Origin: Gemmatimonadota bacterium
Lineage (GTDB): Bacteria > Gemmatimonadota > Gemmatimonadetes > Palauibacterales > Palauibacteraceae
Reading direction: 5' to 3'
NCBI GenBank assembly: GCA_039588275.1
Contig: JBDHAC010000001.1
Span: forward strand, 54,836 to 118,835
Length of the DNA: 64,000 nucleotides
Below, piece after piece: positions 28,199 through 37,687 of the stretch (position 1 is its first letter; every line of letters begins with the position of its first letter). The position numbers and the translations under genes were made by a program. The notes below the pieces were generated by a model. That model saw nothing but the letters and a program-made list of their open reading frames with translations. It had not been told where the DNA came from and searched no databases.

Positions 28199-28959
28199 CT
28201 TCGGGGACTCCGTGAATCAGTGTCGGGTCGGGAGGCCGGCCCGCGACGCGGCGCATCCGGATCGCGGGCGGAGATCCGCGTCAGCCTCTTGAGCGCCTCC
28301 ACCTTGTTCCGATACGTAGCTGCCAACAGGTCGAGTGCTTCCGGATCCCTCGGGTTCGCGGCCACGGTTGCCCGAACCTCGTCGATGGCGGTGTCGATAA
28401 TATCGAGGTTTCGATCGATCGCATCCGCGGTCTGAGGGGCCAGCCGCGTGCGCTCCAGCTGGTAGGACGCCTCCAGGGTTTCGGCCGCCTCGATGTACGC
28501 GGACTCCGCCGTTTCGAACTCCTCCACGAGAGAGGTGCTCGCCGTCACGATCAGCGGGTTCCCGGGCGCGGCGGTCCCGCCGCTCTGCCGAAGCACCCAC
28601 CAGGACACGCCGATCGCGATCAGCACGACCGCGGCCGCAGCCAGCGGGGCGGCGCGAGACCGGAATCCGTAAACGCGCCGGACCGGAGACCGATACGTGG
28701 GTTCCGCCTCGAGCTCGAGCGGCTCACCGTCCAGACGCCCCGAGATGACGGGCCACAGATCTCGTCGTGGCGCGATCGATCGGGGCAGCCGCGGCGCCTC
28801 GTCCAGGATGGTCCTGAGGGTGTCCACGGCGCCTCGGCAGCGCTCGCACGCCTCGAGGTGCGCCTCCATCTCTCTCGCGAGATCGGGAGCCAGCGCGCCC
28901 TCCACGTATTCTTCGATCCGGTCTTCAAACTCGTGATTCATCTTCCTCGGCGAAGTCAT
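28195..28959 (-). CDS. Zinc-finger (zf-HC2) anti-sigma factor
   Basis: HLEACERC, LPRSIAPRRDLWP, one TM helix; ATGA overlaps on both sides. Confidence 0.9.
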   Translation of the reverse strand: MTSPRKMNHEFEDRIEEYVEGALAPDLAREMEAHLEACERCRGAVDTLRTILDEAPRLPRSIAPRRDLWPVISGRLDGEPLELEAEPTYRSPVRRVYGFRSRAAPLAAAAVVLIAIGVSWWVLRQSGGTAAPGNPLIVTASTSLVEEFETAESAYIEAAETLEASYQLERTRLAPQTADAIDRNLDIIDTAIDEVRATVAANPRDPEALDLLAATYRNKVEALKRLTRISARDPDAPRRGPASRPDTDSRSPRR

Positions 28960-29549
28960 CGTGACAGCGTCTCCCGAAGCAGTCTGCGAGCACGGTGCAG
29001 GTGTGCCTTCGACGTTCCCGGGGCCATACCCGTCATGTCCGCGATCTCCCGGTGCGGATAGCCCTCGATGTCGTGCAGGATGAACACGAGGCGCGCTCGC
29101 CGGGGGAGCGCCGCGATCGCCCGTTCGAGGTCCACCCGGAACTCGTGACCGGTCCCGGATGGGTGCTCGCGTCCTTCGATGGCCCGGGCTTCCCTGGTCT
29201 GCCGTCTGCCGTCGGCCCTGAGGCTGTGGTAGACGACGTTCACGGCGACACGGTGAAGCCAGGATGAGAAGGCCGCCTCCCCCCGAAAGGATCGCAGTCG
29301 CTCCCACGCCCGTACGAATACATCCTGCGTCAACTCCTCCGCGCGCCGCTCGTCGGACACGAGCCGTAGGCAGAGCGCGAACACCCGCCCGACGTTCTCG
29401 CGGTACAGAACCTCGAACGCTCTCTTGTCGCCTTCCTGAGCGCTTCGAACCGGGTCGGGTACGGTGGGGCGGTCCTTCTCGACCGCCCGTACCGCGATCC
29501 GCCCGCTCGCCGGTCGGCTCGAATCCGAGGCGCGACTCTCCGGTTCCAT
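28956..29549 (-). CDS. ECF RNA polymerase sigma factor
   Basis: GDKRAFEVLY, AEELTQDVFVRAW, SWLHRVAVN, HREIADMTGMAPGTSKAHLHRAR. Confidence 0.95.
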   Translation of the reverse strand: MEPESRASDSSRPASGRIAVRAVEKDRPTVPDPVRSAQEGDKRAFEVLYRENVGRVFALCLRLVSDERRAEELTQDVFVRAWERLRSFRGEAAFSSWLHRVAVNVVYHSLRADGRRQTREARAIEGREHPSGTGHEFRVDLERAIAALPRRARLVFILHDIEGYPHREIADMTGMAPGTSKAHLHRARRLLRETLSR

Positions 29550-29556
29550 CGATCTA

Positions 29557-29584
29557 GGATACCGCCGAGGGCCGCGAGGGTTTA
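29557..29584 (-). promoter_or_regulatory. Putative autoregulatory ECF promoter TAAACC-N16-GTATCC
   Basis: Ends 7 nt before ATG 29549 with no RBS, consistent with a leaderless mRNA. Confidence 0.55.
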
Positions 29585-29685
29585 GGGAAGGACGCCGCGG
29601 TGGTAGGAGCCGCCGTTGCGGTGCCGGACCGCACATCGAGACTTTGAAAGACCACAGAATCCCCTGAGCTCGTGGAGGACTTGCC

Positions 29686-30567
29686 GTGTCGCGCTCGGAT
29701 CTCAGCCTCGCTCTCCCCTTTCTCCTGCTCGGAGCCTGCCAGCCGGCAGCGGATCAGGCGGCCGCGGCCGAGCGCGCGACGAGCGGTGCCCATTCCCGGG
29801 AGGCGGTCGCCCAGGGGGCGGTCGCCCGGGAGGCGGAGGCCCAACAAGCGGTGGCGCGCCCCACCGTCCTGATCACGGGCTCAAACCGCGGCATCGGTCT
29901 CGAGTTCGCCCGGCAGTACGAGCGGAGCGGGTGGGAGGTCATCGCGACCGCCCGAAACCCCGACGCGGCGGAGGATCTGCACGCGCTGGCCAGGGATCAC
30001 CCCAACGTCGTGATCGAGCGACTGGACGTGACCGATCACGCGGGCATCGATGCGCTGGCCGAGCGGTACCGGGGCCGTCGGATCGATGTGCTGATCAACA
30101 ACGCCGGCGTCCTCGGAGCGCTCGAGAGCCAACGACTGGAGACGCTCGACTACGAGGAGTTCGAGCAAGTGATGGCCGTCAACGTCTTCGGACCCCTGCG
30201 GGTCTCGCAGGCTTTCCTGGACCACGTCGCGGCCAGCGATCAGAAGAAGTTCGTGGTCATTACGAGCGTCTCGGGCTCGATCGAGATCGCCGGACGGGGC
30301 GGAGGTTTCTACTTCTACAAGATCAGCAAAGCCGGCGTGAACATGGCCATGCGCTCGCTCGGTTCGGAGACCCGGGGCCGTGGCATCAAGGTCGGGATCA
30401 TCCACCCGGGGGCCGTAAACACGCGCATGCTGCGGCAGACCGGCTTCCGCGGAAGAGCGACGGAGCCCGAGGAGGCGGTGCGATCGATGATCGAGGTGAT
30501 CGCCAATCTGACGGACGAGACGTCCGGCACCTTCCTCCGTTACGACGGCGAGACGCTACCCTGGTGA
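29686..30567 (+). CDS. SDR oxidoreductase with lipoprotein signal
   Basis: GGAGG RBS; LLGAC lipobox; TGSNRGIG, NNAG, YKISK. Confidence 0.9.
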   Translation: MSRSDLSLALPFLLLGACQPAADQAAAAERATSGAHSREAVAQGAVAREAEAQQAVARPTVLITGSNRGIGLEFARQYERSGWEVIATARNPDAAEDLHALARDHPNVVIERLDVTDHAGIDALAERYRGRRIDVLINNAGVLGALESQRLETLDYEEFEQVMAVNVFGPLRVSQAFLDHVAASDQKKFVVITSVSGSIEIAGRGGGFYFYKISKAGVNMAMRSLGSETRGRGIKVGIIHPGAVNTRMLRQTGFRGRATEPEEAVRSMIEVIANLTDETSGTFLRYDGETLPW

Positions 30568-30926
30568 CTCGGAACCCTCGCCCCGATAGCGGCCGCCGTG
30601 GATCGGGACGGCCGTCGTGGCGTGTCCTGGGCCTGCTGCTGCCCTTGGCGTGCGGCGCCGCGCCCGATCTCGCCGATTTCCGGGTCGGCATGGACCGAGC
30701 TTCGGTGCGCGCCGAGTTCGGAGCTCCCTCCCAGGTGCAGGAGATCGTGAAGACCGAGGAGGCCATATTCGGCCCGATCGAGGAGTTCTGGGATTCGGTG
30801 GACCCCGGCAGCACCGTGGAGATCTGGCATTACGGGGTCCAAGGCGGGACCGTCGAGCTATACTTCGTCGACGGCTCCGACGCGGTGCAGGGTGTGGGCT
30901 TCGCGCCAGAGGGAGCCGTTTACTAG
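30564..30926 (+). CDS. Small lipoprotein (SmpA/OmlA-like pattern)
   Basis: GTGA overlap; LPLAC lipobox; RVGMDRASVRAEFGAP...EIWHY...ELYFVDG. Confidence 0.65.
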   Translation: MTRNPRPDSGRRGSGRPSWRVLGLLLPLACGAAPDLADFRVGMDRASVRAEFGAPSQVQEIVKTEEAIFGPIEEFWDSVDPGSTVEIWHYGVQGGTVELYFVDGSDAVQGVGFAPEGAVY

Positions 30927-30946
30927 CGGGTCGGGGCTGAACCGGA

Positions 30947-31669
30947 TCAAGGGGCTGCCCCGAGCGCCTCGCGCTGGAGCGCCAACAGGTCCCGGATACC
31001 CGACTCGGCCAGATCCAGGAGTGCATGCAGGTCCCGCCGCGAGAACGGGGCACCCTCCGCAGTGCCCTGCACTTCGACGATCCGGCCATCCTCGAGAGCG
31101 ACGACGTTGAAATCGACGTCGGCCGTGACGTCTTCGGTATACTCGAGATCGAGGAGCAGCCGGCCGTCGACGATTCCGACGCTGATCGCCGCGACGAGCT
31201 GACGGAGCGGGTCGGTCTCGAGCTCTCCGCCGGCGAGGAGGGAGCGCAACGCATCGGCGACCGCGAGGCAGCCACCCGTGATCGACGCGGTCCTCGTGCC
31301 TCCGTCGGCGGCGAGCACATCGCAGTCCACCGTCACCGTTCGGTCGCCGAGCGCCGCCAGATCCACGGCGGCGCGCAGGGAGCGTCCGATGAGGCGCTGG
31401 ATCTCCTGCGTCCGTCCGCGCGGACCTCGCCGCTCTCTGCTGGTGCGGCGCAGCGTAGCGCGCGGCAGCATGGCGTACTCGCCGGTCAGCCACCCCCCGA
31501 TGCCCTCGCGAAACGGGGGAACGCCGGGCTCGACCGACGCCGTGCACAGCACGCGCGTGCCGCCCATCGAGATGAGGCAGGAGCCCTCGGCGAACGGGGC
31601 CGCCCCGAGCTCGAAAGAAGTGTCGCGCAGTTGGTCCGGATCGCGGCCGGCAGGGCGGGTGGCGCTCAC
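30947..31669 (-). CDS. rph: Ribonuclease PH
   Basis: [63 protein letters not shown]. Confidence 0.96.
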   Translation of the reverse strand: MSATRPAGRDPDQLRDTSFELGAAPFAEGSCLISMGGTRVLCTASVEPGVPPFREGIGGWLTGEYAMLPRATLRRTSRERRGPRGRTQEIQRLIGRSLRAAVDLAALGDRTVTVDCDVLAADGGTRTASITGGCLAVADALRSLLAGGELETDPLRQLVAAISVGIVDGRLLLDLEYTEDVTADVDFNVVALEDGRIVEVQGTAEGAPFSRRDLHALLDLAESGIRDLLALQREALGAAP

Positions 31670-31932
31670 GTCGGCCCTGCCTCCGCACGCGACGTGACTC
31701 GACGCTGGAGCGAGAACGGTGCCGTGCGGCTTCGACACCGTCGCACCGGCAGAGTAGGATGGATCGGGCCTGCTTCCTGGCGCACGGCGATTCCTCGAGT
31801 GCGGGTCACGGGTGATTCGGGCTGAACGGAGGTGAACATATGAGCTTGGGCCGGCTCATCGCACTCGCCCCGCGCCAACAGGGATGGACCCCCGTTCCCA
31901 AGGCGATCCATCGCCACTCATGGGAGATTGCG

Positions 31933-32316
31933 ATGAAGAAGGTCAAGACTGAGACAGCGCCCCCGCCCGCGGGGCACTACTCGCAAGCGGTCGTGCACGA
32001 CGGGCTCGTCTACGTGTCCGGTCAGATTCCGATCGATGTCGAGGGAAAGGTGCTCGGGGACGCCCCGATCGAGGTGCAGGTCGAAACGGTCCTCGGGAAC
32101 ATCCGATCGATCCTGCAGGCTGCCGGCAGCGATCTGGACCGCACGCTCCAGATGACGGTCTATGTGACAGACATCGCGAGCTGGGGACGCGTCAACGAGA
32201 CGTATGCACGGGTGATGGGCTCACACCGCCCGGCCCGAGCCATCGTCCCCGTTCGCGACCTGCACCACGGCATCGGAGTCGAGATCCAGGCCATCGCAGC
32301 GATCGATCAGAGCTGA
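31933..32316 (+). CDS. RidA/YjgF family imine deaminase
   Basis: GHYSQAV, YVSGQIP, NETY, PARAIV, VEIQAIA. Confidence 0.93.
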   Translation: MKKVKTETAPPPAGHYSQAVVHDGLVYVSGQIPIDVEGKVLGDAPIEVQVETVLGNIRSILQAAGSDLDRTLQMTVYVTDIASWGRVNETYARVMGSHRPARAIVPVRDLHHGIGVEIQAIAAIDQS

Positions 32317-32338
32317 TACTCGAGCGCAAGGAGCTCAG

Positions 32339-33268
32339 ATGTCCGGTTTTCTCGGTCTCGTAGAGTTCCTGGTCGCGATCGGAGTCGTGGTCGCGGCCAT
32401 CTCCAACTACCTGATCATCAACAAGCTGTGGAAGCGGAAACACCTGCGGAACGTGGCCGAGAGCATCTCGATCTCGGCTGCCTTCCTGGGTCTCGGGACC
32501 TCCCTCCCCCTGTTCATCCAGCTGGCCGCGATCGACAAGACGCCACTCCCGGCGATCAAGACGGCGATCGGCCTGGTCACGGGTGTCGTGTTCGTGCTGA
32601 TCGGGACGGGATTGTGGGTGAGCGAGAATCGCGGCGTCTCCTTCGGGAGACTCCTGCTCCGCGCGCTGAACCTGGAGCGCCGCGAGTCCACCCATCTAAT
32701 CAAGGCCATGCTCCAGCCGAAGGGGGCCGAGCAGATCCTGCAGATACTCGGGCACATGGCCGCGATCGATCGGCACGTGCACGAAAGAGAGATCGCGTTG
32801 ATCCATGGCTTCGCGCACCGCTGGAGGATACCCGCCCCCGACCTGACGGCAGGAGCGGTCGAAGGGGATAGCAGTCTGCTGGAGGTGCGCCAGGCGGTGC
32901 TGGACTACTTGAGCCTCGGCCCGCCCTTCGAGCAGGCGGCCCAGCTCCAGGACGTTCTAAGCCTGTTCGTGAAGGCAGACGAGGAAGTGACCCGGGAGGA
33001 GGAGATCGTCCTGGAGGAGGTGAACGGCCTCATCACGCAATACGTGACCGCGGACACCCTCGAACGGGAGATGCATGAAGTGCTGATCGTGCCGCAGAGC
33101 GACGAGCAATTCGAAGCCGTGCAGGCACTCATCCCCGGCGCACACGCGAAGAAGAGCCGGGGTGGCACCGTGTTCTCGGCCGGGAGCTTCTTCTCGGGCG
33201 ACTATGCGGAGGTCGTCTGCGAGAAGTACATCGCGCTCGGTCTGTTCACCGCGCAGGTCGCGAGCTGA
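32339..33268 (+). CDS. Membrane protein with 3 TM helices and a TerB-like domain
   Basis: AAGGAG RBS; N-terminal TMs; MAAIDRHVHEREIALI and FVKADEEVTREEEIVL are the paired TerB-type motifs. Confidence 0.75.
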   Translation: MSGFLGLVEFLVAIGVVVAAISNYLIINKLWKRKHLRNVAESISISAAFLGLGTSLPLFIQLAAIDKTPLPAIKTAIGLVTGVVFVLIGTGLWVSENRGVSFGRLLLRALNLERRESTHLIKAMLQPKGAEQILQILGHMAAIDRHVHEREIALIHGFAHRWRIPAPDLTAGAVEGDSSLLEVRQAVLDYLSLGPPFEQAAQLQDVLSLFVKADEEVTREEEIVLEEVNGLITQYVTADTLEREMHEVLIVPQSDEQFEAVQALIPGAHAKKSRGGTVFSAGSFFSGDYAEVVCEKYIALGLFTAQVAS

Positions 33269-33285
33269 GGAGGGCACTCCGGTCC

Positions 33286-33876
33286 ATGTCTAGACTGTCG
33301 CGGGTGTGCGTGTTCGCGGGCTCCGGTCTCGGGGCCCGAGACGGGTATCGTGACGCGGCCGCGGCCCTGGGCGAGGCCCTGGCACGGCGCCGGATCGACC
33401 TGGTGTACGGCGGAGCGACGGTCGGCCTCATGGGCGAAGTAGCAGACGCGGTCCTGGAGGGCGACGGGCACGTGACCGGAGTCATCCCCGACGCCCTGGC
33501 CGAGAAGGAGATCGCGCACGAGGCGATTCAGGACCTGCGCGTCGTGGGCTCGATGCACGAGCGGAAAGCCGTGATGGCGGATCTCGCGGACGGTTTCGTG
33601 GCGTTGCCTGGGGGATTGGGCACCCTCGAGGAGCTATTCGAGATCCTCACCTGGGCCCAACTGGGGATCCACACGAAGCCGGTAGGCGTGCTGAACGTCG
33701 GCGGCTATTACAACCTGCTGCTCGAGGCGCTCGATCACGCGGTACGGGAGCGATTCGTTCGCAAGGGACACCGAAGCCTCGTATGCGTCGACGCCGATCC
33801 AGATGGGCTTCTGGACGCACTCGAGACGTACCAGCCCCGATACGTGGAGAAGTTGCTGGACCGAAGCGCCCGCTAG
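33286..33876 (+). CDS. LOG family (TIGR00730) nucleotide phosphoribohydrolase
   Basis: LVYGG..VGLMG, MHERKA, PGGLGTLEE, TWAQLG.H.KP. Confidence 0.95.
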   Translation: MSRLSRVCVFAGSGLGARDGYRDAAAALGEALARRRIDLVYGGATVGLMGEVADAVLEGDGHVTGVIPDALAEKEIAHEAIQDLRVVGSMHERKAVMADLADGFVALPGGLGTLEELFEILTWAQLGIHTKPVGVLNVGGYYNLLLEALDHAVRERFVRKGHRSLVCVDADPDGLLDALETYQPRYVEKLLDRSAR

Positions 33877-34448
33877 CTCGGCTCCCCGCGGGTGGTCGGG
33901 AAGTCCGACGCCTGCATCACCTCCTGCATGAGCCAGATGTGCCGCCTCGTATGGGCCAGCATTACTTCGAAGGCCTGGATGACCGGTAGCCTCAGCAACT
34001 TGAAGAAGGGCGAGCGAATCTTCGCCCGTCCGATGTCCAGCCCGTCCGCCGCGTGAAGCGATGTTATCGTCGCCTCCTGAACGGCCTGGAGCTCGGCCAG
34101 TACCGCCTCCCGGTCCAGGTCCGGGGGCGGTTCGAGATGCCCCACGGTCGGCATGCGCCTGCGCGGGGGCGGCTCCATCATGCGCGTGAACCAGCGCCCT
34201 AACGGACCGCCTCGAAAGGGACCGGTCGCGAGCCAACCCGCCTCACGCGCCGCGCGCACCGAGCCCTCGATCGCCGTCAGGTACGGCCGATTGGTGAGGG
34301 AGATGTGCTCGATGTGCTCGCCGACAGACCACTTGTCGGGGTGCGGTCGCCACAGAAACGCATCGGGATCGAGGGCGCCAGCGAGTTGGAGAATCTCGTC
34401 CGTCTCGCGCTCGACTTCCACCACCAACGCCGCGACCTGTTGACTCAT
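33873..34448 (-). CDS. DinB family protein
   Basis: KWSVGEHIEHI and HTRRHIWLM His motifs. Confidence 0.85.
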   Translation of the reverse strand: MSQQVAALVVEVERETDEILQLAGALDPDAFLWRPHPDKWSVGEHIEHISLTNRPYLTAIEGSVRAAREAGWLATGPFRGGPLGRWFTRMMEPPPRRRMPTVGHLEPPPDLDREAVLAELQAVQEATITSLHAADGLDIGRAKIRSPFFKLLRLPVIQAFEVMLAHTRRHIWLMQEVMQASDFPTTRGEPS

Positions 34449-34511
34449 TGGGTGGCTCTCCTCGAGTTGGTCCACCGCGTCCGGCTGTGCTCGGCCCGCG
34501 AGTGGGGCCGG

Positions 34512-35801
34512 TCAGGCCGCCGGTTGCATTTCCCCGGGAGGCTCCAGCTTCTCTCCCTCGGACCGGGCCACGACGGAGGCGGCCGTGAGATCACCGGTCA
34601 CGTTGACGGCCGTGCGGCACATGTCGAGGATCCGATCGACGCCCAGGATCAGCGCGATCCCGGCTGCCGGGTCTACCGTGGGCGGCAGAGCCTGCTGTAG
34701 GACGACGATCAGAATGATAATCCCGGCGGAGGGCACGCCGGCCGCACCGATGGAAGCGAGCGTCGCCGTGAGCACGATCCCGAACTGGACGCTGAGCGAC
34801 AGGTCTCCGACCAGCACCTGCGCGATGAACATGGTCGCCACCGCCTGATACAGGGCCGTGCCATCCATGTTGATCGTCGCACCGAGAGGCAGCACGAAGC
34901 TCGAGACTTCCTTGCTGACGCCGATCTCATCTTCGGCGGTTTCCATGGTGACTGGCAGCGTCGCGTTGGAGCTCGAGGTCGAGAACGCGATGAGCTGTAC
35001 GCCTCGGATGCGCCGGAAAAAGTCGAGCGGCTTCAACCGGGCCAGGAAGCGCAGGGCCGCCGAGTAGGTGAGGACCACGTGTAGCATTAGGCCGGCCACC
35101 ACCGTCAGGCAGTAGACCAGCAGGCTCTGGAGCACGTCCGCGCCGAAGCGCGCGATCACCGCCCCGATCAGGGCGAACACCGCGTAGGGGGCGAGCTTCA
35201 TGATCCAGTGAATCATGACGATGGCGACTTCGTTGACACCGTCGAAGAACCTCAGAACCGGATCCTTCTTGGCCGCCGCCAGCACCGAGAGCGCTGCACC
35301 GAACATGATCGAGAAGAAGATGATCGGGAGCATGTCGAAGTTGACGAGCGCCTCGAACGGGTTTCGCGGGACGATCCCGCGCAGGACCTCGACCATGCCC
35401 GGCGCCTGCTGGGCCATCTCGACCCTGCTCTGCCCTTCGGCCAGATACGTCCCGCGGAGGGCTTCGAGCGCCTCCGGACTCATCCCCGCGTCCCGGATGA
35501 TCAGGTTCGACAGAACGAGTCCGATGGTCACGGCGACCGCGGTGGTGATGAGATAGTAGCCGACGGTCTTACCCCCGACGCGTCCCACCTTGGTGATGTC
35601 ACCCAGGCTGGCGGTGCCGACGATGAGGCTGGCCACGACGAGTGGGATCACGACCATCGTGATCAGGTCGATCCACGCGTCGCCGAACTGCCGGATGGCA
35701 ACGAGGAAGTCGACCAGGGGATCGATGTCCAGCAGGTTGGCGACCAACCCGAACACCACACCGAGAATCAAAGCGATGGTGATCTTCGTGTAGAGTTGCA
35801 T
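34512..35801 (-). CDS. Dicarboxylate/amino acid:cation (DAACS) symporter
   Basis: AFSTSSSNATLP, LPLGATINMDGTA, SIGAAGVP, DRILDMCRTAVNVTGD. Confidence 0.96.
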   Translation of the reverse strand: MQLYTKITIALILGVVFGLVANLLDIDPLVDFLVAIRQFGDAWIDLITMVVIPLVVASLIVGTASLGDITKVGRVGGKTVGYYLITTAVAVTIGLVLSNLIIRDAGMSPEALEALRGTYLAEGQSRVEMAQQAPGMVEVLRGIVPRNPFEALVNFDMLPIIFFSIMFGAALSVLAAAKKDPVLRFFDGVNEVAIVMIHWIMKLAPYAVFALIGAVIARFGADVLQSLLVYCLTVVAGLMLHVVLTYSAALRFLARLKPLDFFRRIRGVQLIAFSTSSSNATLPVTMETAEDEIGVSKEVSSFVLPLGATINMDGTALYQAVATMFIAQVLVGDLSLSVQFGIVLTATLASIGAAGVPSAGIIILIVVLQQALPPTVDPAAGIALILGVDRILDMCRTAVNVTGDLTAASVVARSEGEKLEPPGEMQPAA

Positions 35802-36006
35802 GGGCGGTCGCTGATCGAGTGAATGGGGATGCCGGACACGGATGCCGGACACCTGTGCGCACGGCCTTCGCGGGGCGGGCCGGTGGCACACGAAGCGACC
35901 AATCTGCCGGCCTTGGCGTTACGACGCCAGCGGAGCGAGAGCTGACAGGACCCGGGGAATATCGTTCCGGAGCCGGCGACACCATGCGACGTTAGGTTGG
36001 TCGGCC

Positions 36007-36603
36007 ATGAACGGATTCGAGCTCGAACCGGTGACTCTCGCAGGGCGGCACGTGACGCTCGAGCCGCTCACGCTCGCGCACGTTCCCCAGCTGTGGGAGG
36101 CTGGGAGCTTCCCGGAAATCTGGCGCTTCATGCCGTTTCAGCCGGGCTCGGAGAGCGAAGTGCAGGTGCTCGTCGAGCAAGCGCTGGAGCTGGCGGACGC
36201 CGGCCAGATGATGGCATTCGCGCAGCGATCCAACGCGGACGATCGCGTCGTGGGCTCCACCTCCTACCTGAACCCCGACCCGGGCTACAGACGCGTCGAG
36301 ATCGGAGCGACCTGGCTGACCCCTGCCGCGCAGCGGACGGGCATCAACACCGAGGCGAAGCACCTGCTGCTCGAGCATGCCTTCGAGCAATTGGACTGCA
36401 TCCGGGTCGAGTTCAAGACCGACGCGCGCAACGCTCGCTCGCGAGCCGCCCTCGAGCGGATCGGCGCGACCGCGGAAGGCACGCTACGACATCACATGAT
36501 CATGCCCGACGGTCACCTGCGGGACAGCACGTACTTCAGCATCCTGCGAACCGAGTGGCCCGATGTACGAGCGGCGCTCGAGGAGCTGATGTCACGCGGC
36601 TGA
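36007..36603 (+). CDS. GNAT family N-acetyltransferase (RimJ/RimL-like)
   Basis: VEIGATW, QRTGINTEAK, RVEFKTDARN..SRAALERIGA..EG.LR. Confidence 0.92.
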   Translation: MNGFELEPVTLAGRHVTLEPLTLAHVPQLWEAGSFPEIWRFMPFQPGSESEVQVLVEQALELADAGQMMAFAQRSNADDRVVGSTSYLNPDPGYRRVEIGATWLTPAAQRTGINTEAKHLLLEHAFEQLDCIRVEFKTDARNARSRAALERIGATAEGTLRHHMIMPDGHLRDSTYFSILRTEWPDVRAALEELMSRG

Positions 36604-36633
36604 CCACCCTGTCGGCACGCCGGCGTTGAGCGC

Positions 36634-36655
36634 ACCGACGGTTCTGACCGTCGGT
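36634..36655. promoter_or_regulatory. Perfect 9-bp inverted repeat (operator or terminator)
   Basis: ACCGACGGT-TCTG-ACCGTCGGT between the GNAT and dioxygenase genes. Confidence 0.4.
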
Positions 36656-36718
36656 TGAGCACACCGTGCACACGGGGGCCGGGAGCACCGCACCGGAGCA
36701 CGCGAAGGAGGACAGTCT

Positions 36719-37687
36719 TTGCACGAAACCGTACACGGCATCCACCACGTCACCGCGATAGCCGGCGATGCGCAGGAAAACCTCGACTTCTACGTCGGGG
36801 TCATGGGCCTGCGCCTGGTAAAGCGAAGCGTGAATCAGGACGCGCCAGACACGTACCACCTGTTCTACGCCGATGCAGTGGGCACGCCCGGCACGGACCT
36901 GACGTTCTTCCCGTGGCCTCGTATGGGGCCGGGAAGAGCCGGCGTCGGCCTGGCGATGGAGGTGGCGTTCGCCGTCCCGCCCGGGAGTCTCTCCCACTGG
37001 GTGTCGCGGCTCGCTTCTCATGGTGTCGCGACAGGCGAGCCGGAAACCCGCTTTTTTTAATGATACGGCGACCACCGAGATCTACACGGCCTCGAGCTGG
37101 CGTTGGTCGAGACGGAAGTCCCCCGACCGTGGGTGCCGTGGGAGGCGAGCCCCGTGCCGGAGGAATCCCAACTGCGCGGAATGCACTCGGTCCGCCTCTG
37201 GGAGCGGGAGATCGCGAGGACCCGCGCGTTCTTGGTGAGCGCGCTGGGCTTCGAGGCCGTGGGGGAAGAGGTGGGGTGGGAGAGGTTCGCCGTAGACGGC
37301 GGTGGCCCCGGTTGCCTCCTCGAAGTGAAGGAGCTGCCGTCAGAGCCACGAGGACGCTGGGGGACCGGGGCGGTGCACCACGTCGCGTGGCGGGTCAAAG
37401 ACGAGGCCGAGGAGCTGGCACTCCGCGCCGTGGTCGCCGGGGAAGGACTGAACCCCACCCCACCCATCGACCGCTTCTGGTTCCGATCTGTCTACTTCAG
37501 AGAGCCTGGCGGCGTCCTCTTCGAGCTCGCCACCGATGGCCCCGGCTTCGAGCGCGACGAATCGGCGGAGCGACTGGGCGAGACCCTGATCCTGCCTCCC
37601 TGGCTGGAGCCCCGCCGCGAGGAGATCGAGGCATCCCTGCCAGCGTTAAGCACACCGCTGAAGAACTCGAGCGGGCAAATCCCGTGA
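36719..37687 (+). CDS. Ring-cleaving dioxygenase / VOC family (MhqO-like); internal stops come from adapter contamination
   Basis: AAGGAGG RBS and TTG start; GIHHVTAIAGD, VNQDAPDTYHLFY, GAVHHVAWR, DRFWFRSVYFREPGGVLFELATDGPGF. Both halves are in the same frame. Confidence 0.9.
37059..37087 (+). other. Illumina P5 adapter sequence (assembly artifact)
   Basis: Exact AATGATACGGCGACCACCGAGATCTACAC, preceded by T7. Confidence 0.98.

Noticed and set aside
32339..33876. Anti-phage defence locus (TerB plus LOG/SLOG)
   Set aside because: The LOG gene is the ordinary stand-alone TIGR00730 type, and no effector, nuclease or other ter genes are present.
36719..37687. Genuine pseudogene, or stop-codon readthrough/selenocysteine, in the dioxygenase
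   Set aside because: The TAA TGA stops lie in the T-run/Illumina P5 adapter insert.
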